Source: Candidatus Bathyarchaeia archaeon (GTDB lineage Archaea > Thermoproteota > Bathyarchaeia > Bathyarchaeales > Bathycorpusculaceae). Taken from it: DNA of 64,000 nucleotides. Shown one piece after another: positions 19,360 through 29,376 of this stretch (positions are counted from its first letter, which is position 1; each line of letters opens with the position of its first letter). The stretch covers positions 1 through 64,000 of the forward strand of contig JBEKOM010000004.1 of NCBI GenBank assembly GCA_049521795.1, in the 5' to 3' direction. Both the position numbers and the translations under genes were made by a program. A model generated the notes under the pieces. That model searched no databases and was not told where the DNA came from. It was given only the letters and a program-made list of their open reading frames with translations.

Positions 19360-22239
19360 TTGAAAGAATCAGCTGCAAATGCTTTTAGTCTGCTTGTAAA
19401 GCCTGTTCGAAGACTCGTTGAGGAGAGGGAGTTCTCGAAGCCTACGGAACCGCAGGAGAAGACCATTCCACTGATTCTTGGGGGAAAAAATGTTCTTCTG
19501 ATCTCGCCCACTGCCACGGGGAAGACTGAAGCCGCCTTCCTTCCGGTTTTGAGTATGCTTCTCCAGGGACAGCAGGGAAAACCAGGTATCAAGGTTTTGT
19601 ACATCACTCCTCTGCGGGCGCTCAATCGCGACATGCTTGAGAGGCTCGAGTGGTGGTGCAATAATCTAGACGTGAAGTTGGCTGTGAGACACGGAGACAC
19701 GGAGACCAAGGAAAGAGTTCGCCAGTCGAGAAGCCCGCCGGACATTCTGATCACGACTCCTGAGACTCTTCAGGCGATTTTGTCTGGTTGGATAATGCGG
19801 CAGCATCTTCAGCAGGTGCGATGGGTGATAATTGACGAGGTCCACGAGATGGCTGACAGTAAACGTGGAAGTCAGCTTGCCTTGGCGTTGGAAAGGCTTC
19901 GGGTTATGATTGGAAAGAACTTCCAAATGATAGGCTTGTCTGCGACGATCGGCAGCCCGGAAAAGGTGGCTCAATTTCTTGTCGGCAAGGGCAGGAGCGT
20001 CGAGATAGTTCGCGTTCCGGTCGGAAGAATGATGCACCTGAAGATCATCTTTCCAAGGGCTGGCGATGGGGACTTGCAGCTTGCCTCTCAGCTTTACACG
20101 CACCCCGAGGTTGCGGCCAGACTGCGAATCATTCGGGATTACATCAACAGGGCCAAGTCGGTGCTCCTGTTCACGAACACGCGCGCTGTGTCTGAAGTCT
20201 TGGCCAGCAGGTTCAAGGTTTGGGACGTGAATTTTCCCGTTTCCATACACCACGGTTCGCTTGCAAAGCCTTCTCGCATAGCTGCTGAGAGGGGTCTAAA
20301 GAACGGTGAGCTGAAAGGGCTCGTTTGCACGAGCTCTCTCGAGTTGGGCATAGACGTGGGCAGAATAGATTTGGTCGTGCAGTACATGAGCCCAAGGCAG
20401 GCGACGAGGCTCATTCAGCGTGTAGGCAGGAGCGGGCACAGCATCGGGCGGATCGCCGAGGGAATCATCGTTGCCCTGGATTCTGATGATGCTCTGGAAG
20501 CCTTGGCCATCGCGAAGAAGGCTTTGAACGAGGATTTGGAACCTGTGGTTATTCCCCCGAAGCCCTACGACGTTCTCGCACATCAGATCGCGGGTTTACT
20601 GATCAGGAACAGAAGACTTGGGTTTAGCGAGATCGTGGAAATCTTCGGCAACGCATACCCTTACGAGGATTTGACGGAGAATGACGTTGAAAAAGTGTTG
20701 AGGTACATGCATGGGCGTTTCCCGCGGTTGGCATGGGTTTCGTTCGAGGACAAGATGGTCCTGAGGCCGCGGCAGACGAAGGCTCTTTTTGAGTACTACT
20801 TCGACAATTTGTCCATGATTCCTGAAGAGAAGCAGTTTCTCGTCGTCGACGAGTCCAGCGACTCCGCTGTCGGAGTCTTGGATGAGGCGTTTATGGCCGA
20901 GTTCGGTAAACCCGGCACCAAGTTCATCATCAGAGGGTCGCCTTGGATCATTCACAGCGTTTCTGAAGACCGGGTTCATGTCAGACCGATAGACGACCCT
21001 ACTGGGGCCATACCGAGCTGGATAGGAGAGGAGATTCCTGTTCCTTTCGAGGTTTCGCAAGAAGTGGGCCGAATCCGGGGTTTCGTTGAAGAACAACGGC
21101 GAAGGAACGTTTCGCCTGAAGAAATCGCAGCCAAGCTGAGTGAGCAGTATCCGTCCGACAAGGATACGATTCTAAGTGCCTTGACCGAGACGATCGAACA
21201 TGTGAACGCTGGTTTTCCAGCTCCGACCGACAAGCGAATAATCGTTGAAGACTGGCAAGAGTTCGTTCTCATACACGTCAACTTCGGTTCGCTTACCAAC
21301 AGGGCTTTGGCCTTGCTGCTGGGCGAACTACTCTCCGAGAAGATGGGGTACACTGCGGTGGTCCAGCATGATCCTTACCGTATCTTCTTGCAAACCATGG
21401 GCACCGTGAACGCGAATCAGGTCGTAACGCTGTTTGACGATGTCAAAGCGATGCAAGAAAAAGCTGTGAGAGACCACTTGACAACGGCCACCGTGAAGAC
21501 TGGACTCTTCAAGCGACGCATGATCCACGTGGCCCATCGCTTCGGGGCTCTGCAGAAGTGGGCGGACTTCAGCAGCGTTAGCCTTCAGAAGCTGGTGAAG
21601 AGTTTTGAAGACACGCCTATTTATGAAGAAGCCATGAAAGAAGTGTTTACCAAAGACCTTGACGTTGAAAGATTGATTGAGGTTCTCGGAAGAATGCGGC
21701 AAGGCAAAGTTCAGGTGGTGAAGGTTGAAACTGAAGGATCTTCAACTCCTATCGCTCGTCTGGGTATCGAGCGAATAAGCATGAAGACCGATCTGATCCC
21801 TCCTGAAAGGATGCGGGCTGTGCTCGTGGAGTCCGCTAAGGCGCGGTTACTCAACGAAACGAGCGGTTTCCTCTGCACGAACTGCTGGAGTTACATGGAG
21901 ATGCTGAAGATTAATGACTTGCCTGACAGGCTCAAATGTCCAAGGTGCGGCTCGTCTGCAATAGGACTTGTAAGAGTTGAGGAAGAGAGACTGCAGCCCA
22001 TAGTGGAGAAGCAGGGTCAGAAGCTCACGAAAGCGGAGGAGAAGCTTCAGACTCAAGCCGTACAAACTGCCAAGCTGATCGAGAAGTATGGAAAGGCCGC
22101 TGCGATAGCGTTCTCAGCGAGAAGAGTTCAACCTTCAGACGTTAGAGAGCTTCTTGAGAAGCAGCCTGGGACGAATGACAGGTTCTATGAGCTGCTGCTC
22201 GAAGCTGAGCGCAAGGCCCTGAGCAAACGTTTCTGGTAG
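19360..22239 (+). CDS. lhr: Lhr-family SF2 helicase with C-terminal zinc ribbon
   Basis: SPTATGKT, PLRALNRD, DEVH, SAT, SSLELGID, QRVGRSGH, PSWIGE, CTNC...CPRC. Confidence 0.93.
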   Translation: MKESAANAFSLLVKPVRRLVEEREFSKPTEPQEKTIPLILGGKNVLLISPTATGKTEAAFLPVLSMLLQGQQGKPGIKVLYITPLRALNRDMLERLEWWCNNLDVKLAVRHGDTETKERVRQSRSPPDILITTPETLQAILSGWIMRQHLQQVRWVIIDEVHEMADSKRGSQLALALERLRVMIGKNFQMIGLSATIGSPEKVAQFLVGKGRSVEIVRVPVGRMMHLKIIFPRAGDGDLQLASQLYTHPEVAARLRIIRDYINRAKSVLLFTNTRAVSEVLASRFKVWDVNFPVSIHHGSLAKPSRIAAERGLKNGELKGLVCTSSLELGIDVGRIDLVVQYMSPRQATRLIQRVGRSGHSIGRIAEGIIVALDSDDALEALAIAKKALNEDLEPVVIPPKPYDVLAHQIAGLLIRNRRLGFSEIVEIFGNAYPYEDLTENDVEKVLRYMHGRFPRLAWVSFEDKMVLRPRQTKALFEYYFDNLSMIPEEKQFLVVDESSDSAVGVLDEAFMAEFGKPGTKFIIRGSPWIIHSVSEDRVHVRPIDDPTGAIPSWIGEEIPVPFEVSQEVGRIRGFVEEQRRRNVSPEEIAAKLSEQYPSDKDTILSALTETIEHVNAGFPAPTDKRIIVEDWQEFVLIHVNFGSLTNRALALLLGELLSEKMGYTAVVQHDPYRIFLQTMGTVNANQVVTLFDDVKAMQEKAVRDHLTTATVKTGLFKRRMIHVAHRFGALQKWADFSSVSLQKLVKSFEDTPIYEEAMKEVFTKDLDVERLIEVLGRMRQGKVQVVKVETEGSSTPIARLGIERISMKTDLIPPERMRAVLVESAKARLLNETSGFLCTNCWSYMEMLKINDLPDRLKCPRCGSSAIGLVRVEEERLQPIVEKQGQKLTKAEEKLQTQAVQTAKLIEKYGKAAAIAFSARRVQPSDVRELLEKQPGTNDRFYELLLEAERKALSKRFW

Positions 22240-22337
22240 GACAAACCCACCGTCAACAGTCACGATAAACAATGTTTAAATCAATGCATGCCTACTTGAC
22301 GGTAAGCGTCTGCACCTAGCCACGTGAGGAAAACGAT

Positions 22338-22664
22338 TTGGAAATAACTCGAAAGAAGATGCGCGAAGAAATCCTTGAGAGAATCAAGTACGTGAAAACG
22401 TGTGTTCTAGCAAGGGAAGTTTGCCTACTGGTTCGCACGAACCGTGCCGTGCTTGACCCCAAGGATGTGCGTGATGTTTGCATGTCGGTTTCTAAGCTGT
22501 GCAAGGAGGAAGGATGCGAGGAGCCAAGCGAGATCTGCCGCAAGGCTGCTGAAGCTGTTGGTTCTGACGAGGAAGCAAAATACCTTGAGCTGTGTGCCCA
22601 GAGCTGTCTAAAGTGTGGTGAGGCCAGACAGCCGACGCCTAAGAAGGCGACGTACGTTTCGTAG
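22338..22664 (+). CDS. Small Cys-rich helical protein
   Basis: 108 aa with 9 Cys, several at i/i+7 spacing; GAGG SD before TTG. Confidence 0.7.
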   Translation: MEITRKKMREEILERIKYVKTCVLAREVCLLVRTNRAVLDPKDVRDVCMSVSKLCKEEGCEEPSEICRKAAEAVGSDEEAKYLELCAQSCLKCGEARQPTPKKATYVS

Positions 22665-22739
22665 GTGTAGAAAGTCTTTAAAGGACTAATGTTGTTGCTT
22701 AAGCAAGGCAAATCTGGCCAGTAACGGGGGAATAATGGT

Positions 22740-23216
22740 CTGTTCATAGCGCCTTTTGTTCCTAGTCCGCCGCAGGTGGTCCATCAGATGTTAGCCTTAG
22801 CCGAGTTGAGGGCTGGTGAAGTGTTCTTTGACCTGGGGGCTGGAGACGGAAGGACTCTGGTTATGGCGGTGAAGGAGCACGGTGCCAGAGCCGTAGGTGT
22901 TGAGCTGAGAGAGGACCTCGCGAAGAAGGCGCTGGGCACCGTGTATGAGCAAGGTCTTCAGGACAGGATAACCATAGTCAACGGTGACATGTTCACGGTG
23001 GACCTGAGTTCAGCGGACGTGGTTTTCCTTTACTTAACGACAAGCGCAAACGAGAAGATCAAGCCAAAGTTGGAGACCGAGCTGAAACGTGGCGTACGGA
23101 TTGTTTCTCATGATTACGAGATCGTCGGGTGGAAACCGTTGAAAGTTTTGAATTTCTGTGAGAACCAGGAGCTGGGGTTTCCATCACACACTATTTACCT
23201 TTACAAGAGACCATAG
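22740..23216 (+). CDS. Class I SAM methyltransferase (aKMT/FAM173-like protein-lysine MTase); probable CTG start
   Basis: DLGAGDGR, GVE, VVFLYL, SHDY; the conserved APFVPSP segment lies upstream of the called GTG 22776. Confidence 0.85.
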   Translation: MFIAPFVPSPPQVVHQMLALAELRAGEVFFDLGAGDGRTLVMAVKEHGARAVGVELREDLAKKALGTVYEQGLQDRITIVNGDMFTVDLSSADVVFLYLTTSANEKIKPKLETELKRGVRIVSHDYEIVGWKPLKVLNFCENQELGFPSHTIYLYKRP

Positions 23217-23225
23217 TGGCGTAGC

Positions 23226-23651
23226 ATGTCTGCGCGTTCTTTTAAGACCTATATCAGAGTCACGTGGGCTGACACTGACGCGGCGCAGGTTGTGCATTTC
23301 TCAAACTACTTCAGGTTTTTTGAGAAGGCTGAAGAAGAGTTCTACAGGGCTTTAGGCTTCAGCTTCACAGATTTCAGGAGCCGAGGGCTCTGGTTCCCAA
23401 GGGTCGAAGCATTCTGCCAGTACAAGAAACCAGCAGGGTTCAACGATATGCTCTCGGTGGAAGTGACGGTTGAAGAGCTGAAACAGAAGTCTGTTAAACT
23501 GGGCTTCACAGTGTCCAACAAAGAGACGGAGCTTTTGTTGGCGTCCGGCTACCTGGTCATCGTTGCGGCCGATAGACAGACGAGAAGAGCAACGCAGATG
23601 CCTGCTGAAGCTTTTGAGAAGCTGAAATCGTACGCGAAGCAGGTTTTATAA
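23226..23651 (+). CDS. Acyl-CoA thioesterase (4HBT/YbgC hot-dog fold)
   Basis: DTDAAQVVHFSNYFRFFE. Confidence 0.9.
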   Translation: MSARSFKTYIRVTWADTDAAQVVHFSNYFRFFEKAEEEFYRALGFSFTDFRSRGLWFPRVEAFCQYKKPAGFNDMLSVEVTVEELKQKSVKLGFTVSNKETELLLASGYLVIVAADRQTRRATQMPAEAFEKLKSYAKQVL

Positions 23652-23677
23652 GAGACGCGGGTCGTTGAGTTCGTTCA

Positions 23678-24190
23678 GTGATGGCTAAGTTGCAGTTTGT
23701 TCCTTGGCGTTACATCGCAGACTGGAAGTGCACGAGATGCGGCGACTGCTGCAGACTCTACAGCGTGGTCATAAACTTTCATGAGTGGCTGAGAATTGTC
23801 AAGAATTTCGGCGTTGAAAACACAGCCGCCGGCCTAGACAAGCTGTTCATAAGGAGGAGAAGCGACGGATCCTGCGTCTTTCTGCAGAGCAACTCAACCG
23901 TCAACCTTTGCACGCTGCAACGCACGAAGCCAAGAGCGTGTCAACTATGGCCCTTCAAGGTTCTCACGAAGCCAGAGTACGGCTACGCGAACGACGCAGC
24001 GCTCCCTTGCGGTGAACACAAGCTTTTCGTCTACGCTGACCCTCTGTGTCCGGGCATCAGGTACGGCTCGCCGACTCTGGAGTTTTGCAACTACACACTC
24101 AAGGAGTTCGTAGAGATTGCCCTCGGCCTGCGCTCGTATCAGTTGAAAACGACTTCAAGCGTGGGTTTATACGGCGTCCCGCTGTGGTAA
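23678..24190 (+). CDS. YkgJ-family cysteine-cluster protein
   Basis: CTRCGDCC, CVFL, KPRACQLWPF, CPG. Confidence 0.88.
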   Translation: MMAKLQFVPWRYIADWKCTRCGDCCRLYSVVINFHEWLRIVKNFGVENTAAGLDKLFIRRRSDGSCVFLQSNSTVNLCTLQRTKPRACQLWPFKVLTKPEYGYANDAALPCGEHKLFVYADPLCPGIRYGSPTLEFCNYTLKEFVEIALGLRSYQLKTTSSVGLYGVPLW

Positions 24191-24306
24191 GGGTTGGGTT
24201 CCCTTCCCCTTGGATGCCAAGGGACAAGCGCGTCTAGGTTTGAGATTGTGTTATAAGGATGCGTACCAACATGTAGATTCCAACAGATTATGGAAGGAAG
24301 GTTTCC

Positions 24307-25083
24307 TTGGCGAACCCAAAGATTGGCTTGTCGATGCTCCACAAGATTGGCGAACCCTTCGAGAAAATGCTAGAGGAGATTCCTAAGACTGGAGCAAGGT
24401 ACGTGGAGGTTGTCGATGATGGTGCTCACGTCCTTGACGAGAAGAGAGTTTTGGCACTGAAGAGCGTCAGGGATTCTTATGACGTGGAGTACACGGTTCA
24501 CGCGCCGTTCACTGGCATCAACATATCGTTGCAGGATAAGGCTTTGTTGAACGCGACGATGAAGAGGTTGATGGAGTCGATCGTTAACTCTGCTGGTTTA
24601 GATTGTAGACGATGGGTCTTTCACCCTGGGATGACGGCTGGCATCAGCATGTTCTATCCCGGCATGGACTGGGCTAGGAATCTGGAGAGCGTTCGGCTGC
24701 TGTCCAACTTTGCGAATGAGCACGGCGTGAAGACGGCGATAGAGAACGTTATGGAACCGTTTGTCTTGAAAAGCGTGGCCGAGTTCAAGCGGTTCTACAA
24801 TGAGCTAAATGAAAATGTGGGGTTGGCGTTGGACACTGGGCACGCGAACCTCAGCGGAGAAGTGGACGGTTTTCTAACAGAGTTATCGGACAAGCTTGTT
24901 CATGTGCATGCTCAGGACAACCTTGGGAAAGTGGATCAGCATCTTGGCATAGGCTACGGCAGCATCAATTGGCAAAGTTTTGCAGACCTGTTGAAGAAGA
25001 CTTCTTTCGACGGCATCGTGATGCTGGAGTCTGTTGAGCACATCGAGGAGAGCATGCAGAAGCTGAAGCAACTGTTACTCTAA
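24307..25083 (+). CDS. Sugar phosphate isomerase/epimerase (AP endonuclease 2 TIM barrel)
   Basis: VHAP, FHPG, IEN, DTGH, HVHAQDN, DQHLGIG. Confidence 0.88.
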   Translation: MANPKIGLSMLHKIGEPFEKMLEEIPKTGARYVEVVDDGAHVLDEKRVLALKSVRDSYDVEYTVHAPFTGINISLQDKALLNATMKRLMESIVNSAGLDCRRWVFHPGMTAGISMFYPGMDWARNLESVRLLSNFANEHGVKTAIENVMEPFVLKSVAEFKRFYNELNENVGLALDTGHANLSGEVDGFLTELSDKLVHVHAQDNLGKVDQHLGIGYGSINWQSFADLLKKTSFDGIVMLESVEHIEESMQKLKQLLL

Positions 25084-25995
25084 GAGCGGAATCTCTACTT
25101 GCATGAAGTCTTCTGCCATCGCAGTGTTCTTGAAGATCTTTCTCGCCTGTTTCAGCCACGTGCTCGGATCTTCGTACCTTTGACTGATATGTGTCAGTAT
25201 CAACTGTTTGACTTTTGCCTTCTTTGCGCTCTCGGCGGCTTGGTCTACGGTTGAATGACCATACATCTCGGCTCTTTCAGCCAGCTCGTCGCCCAGCGTA
25301 GAGTCGTGTATAAGCAAGTCTGCGTTAGCCGCGAATTTTTCAAGACGCTTGAAAGGCTTTGTATCGCCTGTATAGACTATTTTCCTGCCCTGCCTAGGCT
25401 GGCCCAACACTTCTTCCGGTTTGATGACCTGTCCGCTTGGCAGCTTGACTTTCTGTCCCCGCTGAAGCTTTGACCACAGAGGACCCTCTGGCAAGCCCAG
25501 AGCCTTAGCCTTTTCAGGGTAAAATCTTCCAGGTCTTGGTTTCTCAACGTAAGCGTAGGCGAAACTCGGTATCACGTGCTTCGACCGGACGGCCCGCACG
25601 GTGTACTCGCCTTCCACGCAGACGACGCCTGGCCTTTCCACCTCGTGGATTTCGATTGGAAACGTCAGCACGAACTGGACTGTTTCCCTGATGCCACGAA
25701 GGAAATCTCTGATGTTGGGCGGTCCGTAGACTTCGAGCATCTTTTCTCTTCCAAGTAGGGCCATGGTCTGCAGTAGCCCTGGAAGTCCCATGACGTGGTC
25801 TCCGTGCATGTGTGTTACGAAGACCTTTGTTATCCTGTTGAGGCTTGCTCCGGCCATCAGCATCTGTCTCTGGACGCCTTCGCCGCAGTCGAACATGAGC
25901 TGTTCACCGTCTCGTTGGACCAGTATCGCAGGTAAGCTCCTCTTGATCGTTGGAACGCCAGCTGCTGTTCCCAGGAAAACAACGCGTAGACTCAA
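25075..25995 (-). CDS. rnz: Ribonuclease Z
   Basis: FLGT, DCGEG, THMHGDH, exosite GP motif, GDT, HST, LTHISQRY. Confidence 0.97.
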   Translation of the reverse strand: MSLRVVFLGTAAGVPTIKRSLPAILVQRDGEQLMFDCGEGVQRQMLMAGASLNRITKVFVTHMHGDHVMGLPGLLQTMALLGREKMLEVYGPPNIRDFLRGIRETVQFVLTFPIEIHEVERPGVVCVEGEYTVRAVRSKHVIPSFAYAYVEKPRPGRFYPEKAKALGLPEGPLWSKLQRGQKVKLPSGQVIKPEEVLGQPRQGRKIVYTGDTKPFKRLEKFAANADLLIHDSTLGDELAERAEMYGHSTVDQAAESAKKAKVKQLILTHISQRYEDPSTWLKQARKIFKNTAMAEDFMQVEIPLLE

Positions 25996-25999
25996 GGGG

Positions 26000-27037
26000 C
26001 TACACCTTTTCGAACACGATGACTTCTCTCGTTAAGCTTCTGTGAACATAGACGAAATGGGACTCTATATGCTTATAGCCTAAGCCCGTTCCGACTTGAA
26101 CGATGTTCAGCTTTTTAGGCGCGGCTATGCAGACTCTTCTTCCCTTTTTTAGCAGTTCATGGGCGGCGGTCAGCACTTCTTCGATGACTTGTTTTGTCGT
26201 GCGTTTCAAGGTGGTTGAAGACGTTCCGTACGGTGGATCCGTGACGACGCAGTCGACTTTGTTCAGAGGCAGGCTTCTCGCGTCTGCGATGACCACGCCT
26301 TCGGGTTTAACGCTGAAGTGTGTCACGTTTCTGAGAGTTCCTCTTGCCATGCGACGTTGCACGTCGAGACCCAGGGCGCGGCAGCCGACGAGGCCAGCTT
26401 CAATGAGAGTGGTTCCTGTTCCGCAGAATGGGTCTAGAACTAGGTCTCCGGTCTTCGGTTGTGCCAGGTTTACCATGCATCTCGCAAGTTTCGCCTGCAT
26501 GGCTGAAGGATGGAAAAACGGCCTCTTTCTGGGGCGTCTTTGGACGAACGGTGTCGCCGGGATTTCAGCAAGTTTCAGGCCGAAGATGAATTTGTCGCTC
26601 GTGAGTATCCCCACGAGCGTTCTGTCAGGGTTTTTCAGTTTGACTCGGACCTTGGGCATGTTTCTAAGTATGAGTTCGCCGAGCTTCTTTTCGAGCATCA
26701 TTCCGTCTATCTCTGAAGCGTAGGCTTTGACGTGCTTGACTCGAACTGCGAAGCTTTCGTTTTCTCTCAAAGCTTGGTTGACCCTTGTTAATGATAAGGC
26801 TTTGATTATGCTGCTCGTTTCTGCCTCGCAGGTGAAAAGTTCCATTGCGCAGAGCCTTGTAAAGGCTGCTCTGTGTTTTAGAACTTCTATGCAGTTTGGG
26901 TCAGCTTCCAGTTTTAGAACTTGGTCAAGCTTCTCTATGATCCTGTGTGCGTAGCCCTCTGTTTCAAGTATTGCCTTCAGCTCAGAAACAGGTAGGTCCT
27001 CATGTTCGCCTGAAAGCAGGAAGAAGAGGTTGGCCAC
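26000..27037 (-). CDS. trm11: tRNA (guanine10-N2) methyltransferase with THUMP domain (Trm11/TrmG10)
   Basis: RPFFHPSAM, DPFCGTG, TDPPYG. Confidence 0.92.
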   Translation of the reverse strand: MANLFFLLSGEHEDLPVSELKAILETEGYAHRIIEKLDQVLKLEADPNCIEVLKHRAAFTRLCAMELFTCEAETSSIIKALSLTRVNQALRENESFAVRVKHVKAYASEIDGMMLEKKLGELILRNMPKVRVKLKNPDRTLVGILTSDKFIFGLKLAEIPATPFVQRRPRKRPFFHPSAMQAKLARCMVNLAQPKTGDLVLDPFCGTGTTLIEAGLVGCRALGLDVQRRMARGTLRNVTHFSVKPEGVVIADARSLPLNKVDCVVTDPPYGTSSTTLKRTTKQVIEEVLTAAHELLKKGRRVCIAAPKKLNIVQVGTGLGYKHIESHFVYVHRSLTREVIVFEKV

Positions 27038-27039
27038 GC

Positions 27040-27933
27040 TCAGGCTCCTTCTTGCAGGAGCACTTGGCTGATGAGTGGGGCGACTGAGACCTTGCTCACG
27101 GGGCTCTGGACGCAGTCTGTGCCTACTATTTCTTCAGCGCCGTTCTCCATGATTCTTTTTTGTGAGTCGCCGATGAGCAACGGGTGCACGCAAGCCGCAT
27201 AAACTTTTTTTGCGCCGTTGTCTTTCACGAGTTTCACAGCTTCAGCCATGGTTCCCCCGCTGCTTATTATGTCATCGAATATTATGACATCCCGGTCCTT
27301 GACTGGTAAGTGCCTATCTTCAAGCGTAACGCTGCCTGTGACGGCGTCTCTTTTTGACGCGACGTAATCGTAGCCTCCGTGCAGAATGCTGTCGGCTTCT
27401 TGGGCGACGATAGTGGCCTTTTTGCCCATGGAGAGCGAAAGCGGGTTTTGCACGAGCTTTTTCGTCCTGAAATACTGGGCTAAGAGCGAGATGGCTGATA
27501 GGTCCTGGACAGGGATTTCGAAGTTTTTCAGAACGGCTGGGCTGTGGGCGTTGACGGTTATGATTTTGTTGACGCCGCATGCCTTGAAGAGTTTAACTAT
27601 GGTTTTTGTGCTGAAGGCTTCGCCTGGTAGGAATCGTTTGTCTTGGCGGCTGTAGGCGAAGTAGGGAATAACTGCTGTGATGCTTTTAGCTTCCATGTCC
27701 TTTGCGTTGTCGGCCATCAGAAGAAGTTGGATCAGTCTCTGGTCTTGTGGTGGGCTTGTCGTTTGGACGATGATGATGTATTCGTTCTTCAGTGATTGGG
27801 ATTCGAAGCGGATGTAGGATTCTCCGTCTGGAAAGATTTTCATGAAAACAGGTACGACTTCTGCATTCAACTGTTTAGCTAGTTTTTCCCCTAAATCTTT
27901 GGATGCAGGTCCGGGTATGACCTTCACTTTCAT
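27040..27933 (-). CDS. prs: Ribose-phosphate pyrophosphokinase
   Basis: FPDGE, PYFAYSRQD, DDIISSGGT, TDC; start at ATG 27933. Confidence 0.95.
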   Translation of the reverse strand: MKVKVIPGPASKDLGEKLAKQLNAEVVPVFMKIFPDGESYIRFESQSLKNEYIIIVQTTSPPQDQRLIQLLLMADNAKDMEAKSITAVIPYFAYSRQDKRFLPGEAFSTKTIVKLFKACGVNKIITVNAHSPAVLKNFEIPVQDLSAISLLAQYFRTKKLVQNPLSLSMGKKATIVAQEADSILHGGYDYVASKRDAVTGSVTLEDRHLPVKDRDVIIFDDIISSGGTMAEAVKLVKDNGAKKVYAACVHPLLIGDSQKRIMENGAEEIVGTDCVQSPVSKVSVAPLISQVLLQEGA

Positions 27934-27964
27934 CGCCGAGTCTAGATGCGTCTGTTGCCGCTTT

Positions 27965-29251
27965 TTAGATTTTTCCAGTTGCCTTGTACTTGTCCAGCAG
28001 TTCTTGGGCTTTGTCCATTCGAATCTTACGCTCTTCAACCATCTTCGCAGCGACTTTGTCGATGAGTTCGCCTGTGGCACCTGCCATTACGGCTATGTTT
28101 CTCGCGTGCAGTGACATGTGTCCACGCTGTATTCCTTCATGGGCCAATGCGCGAAGAGCTCCGAGGTTCTGTGCCAGACCTACAGCCGCGCATATCTCGC
28201 CGAACTCGTTGGCAGTCTTCACTCCTAGAATCTTGACGGCGATTTTCGCAATCGGATGAGTTTTAACGGCTCCTCCTATGAGGCCGACTGCCATAGGCAG
28301 TTCAACTGAGCCTGCGAGGTCACCGTTCTCGTTTTTCTCCCAGGCTGACAGGGACGTGTAGCGACCGCTGACAGTTGCGTACGCGTGAGCCCCTGCTTCT
28401 ATTGCGCGGTGGTCGTTGCCTGTTGCGACTATCACGGCTATTATGCCGTTCATGATTCCTTTGTTGTGAGTCGCTGCACGGTAGGGGTCTGCCGCTGCGA
28501 AGGCGGACGCGCTCACGATGGCGTCCACGACCTCTTCGCCGCCGACGGATTTCTTCGGCACGATGCATGAGGCTCTGACCAAGCGTTTTGTCGCGAGGTT
28601 GGAGATTATTCGGAGGTAGACGCGTCCGCCTGTGACGCGTTCGATTAATGGCGCCACTGCTTCATTCATCGTGTTAACTGCGTTTGCTCCCATGGCGTCT
28701 CGGCAGTCGACATGCAGTTCTGTTATGAGCATGGGGCCCTGTGCGGTGCTGATCACTTTTGCGTCTAGGTCTCTTGCTCCGCCTCCGGCTGAGACCAGCG
28801 GTGGGTCTTGGTCGTTGGCTTTCTTGAGAATTTCGTCTTTCGCTTGTATGACGCGCATCCTAGCTGCGTAGGGGTCTTTGATGTTTACGGCCTGTATCTG
28901 TCCGATCATTATGGGTGGTGTGCTGCTTGTGTGGAAGCCTCCTCCGTCTCTCACCATTTTTGCAGCGTAGCTCGCGGCTGCCACCACTGAAGGTTCTTCA
29001 ATGGCCATGGGAATCAAGTAATCGCGATCGTTAATGAGGAAGTTTACGCCTATTCCCAGAGGTATCGGAATTGCGCCGACGACGTTTTCTATCATGCGGT
29101 CAGCGAGGTCAAGGGGAAGGGAGCCGGTGTTCTGGAGTAAAGTGGCTTCCTCTTCTGTCAGGTTGGCGAATTCTTTGACAAATGCCAACCTTTCCTTGAG
29201 ACTCAGTTTGTAGAAACCTGAAGCCGAGGATGATTTGTCCATGGTTACCAT
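27965..29251 (-). CDS. mvaA: Class II HMG-CoA reductase
   Basis: ENVVG, EEPSVVAAAS, DAMGAN, HNKG, GIQRGHM. Confidence 0.95.
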   Translation of the reverse strand: MVTMDKSSSASGFYKLSLKERLAFVKEFANLTEEEATLLQNTGSLPLDLADRMIENVVGAIPIPLGIGVNFLINDRDYLIPMAIEEPSVVAAASYAAKMVRDGGGFHTSSTPPIMIGQIQAVNIKDPYAARMRVIQAKDEILKKANDQDPPLVSAGGGARDLDAKVISTAQGPMLITELHVDCRDAMGANAVNTMNEAVAPLIERVTGGRVYLRIISNLATKRLVRASCIVPKKSVGGEEVVDAIVSASAFAAADPYRAATHNKGIMNGIIAVIVATGNDHRAIEAGAHAYATVSGRYTSLSAWEKNENGDLAGSVELPMAVGLIGGAVKTHPIAKIAVKILGVKTANEFGEICAAVGLAQNLGALRALAHEGIQRGHMSLHARNIAVMAGATGELIDKVAAKMVEERKIRMDKAQELLDKYKATGKI

Positions 29252-29376
29252 CTTCCTGCGCGATTCAAGACATGTTCGCCCTTGACTTTTAAGGTTTGGC
29301 GGAATTCAATGCTTCTGTGTTGATAGGTGCGCGACAAGCTTGATTTTCCATGATTGGCGGCAACCAAATTCTGTTG

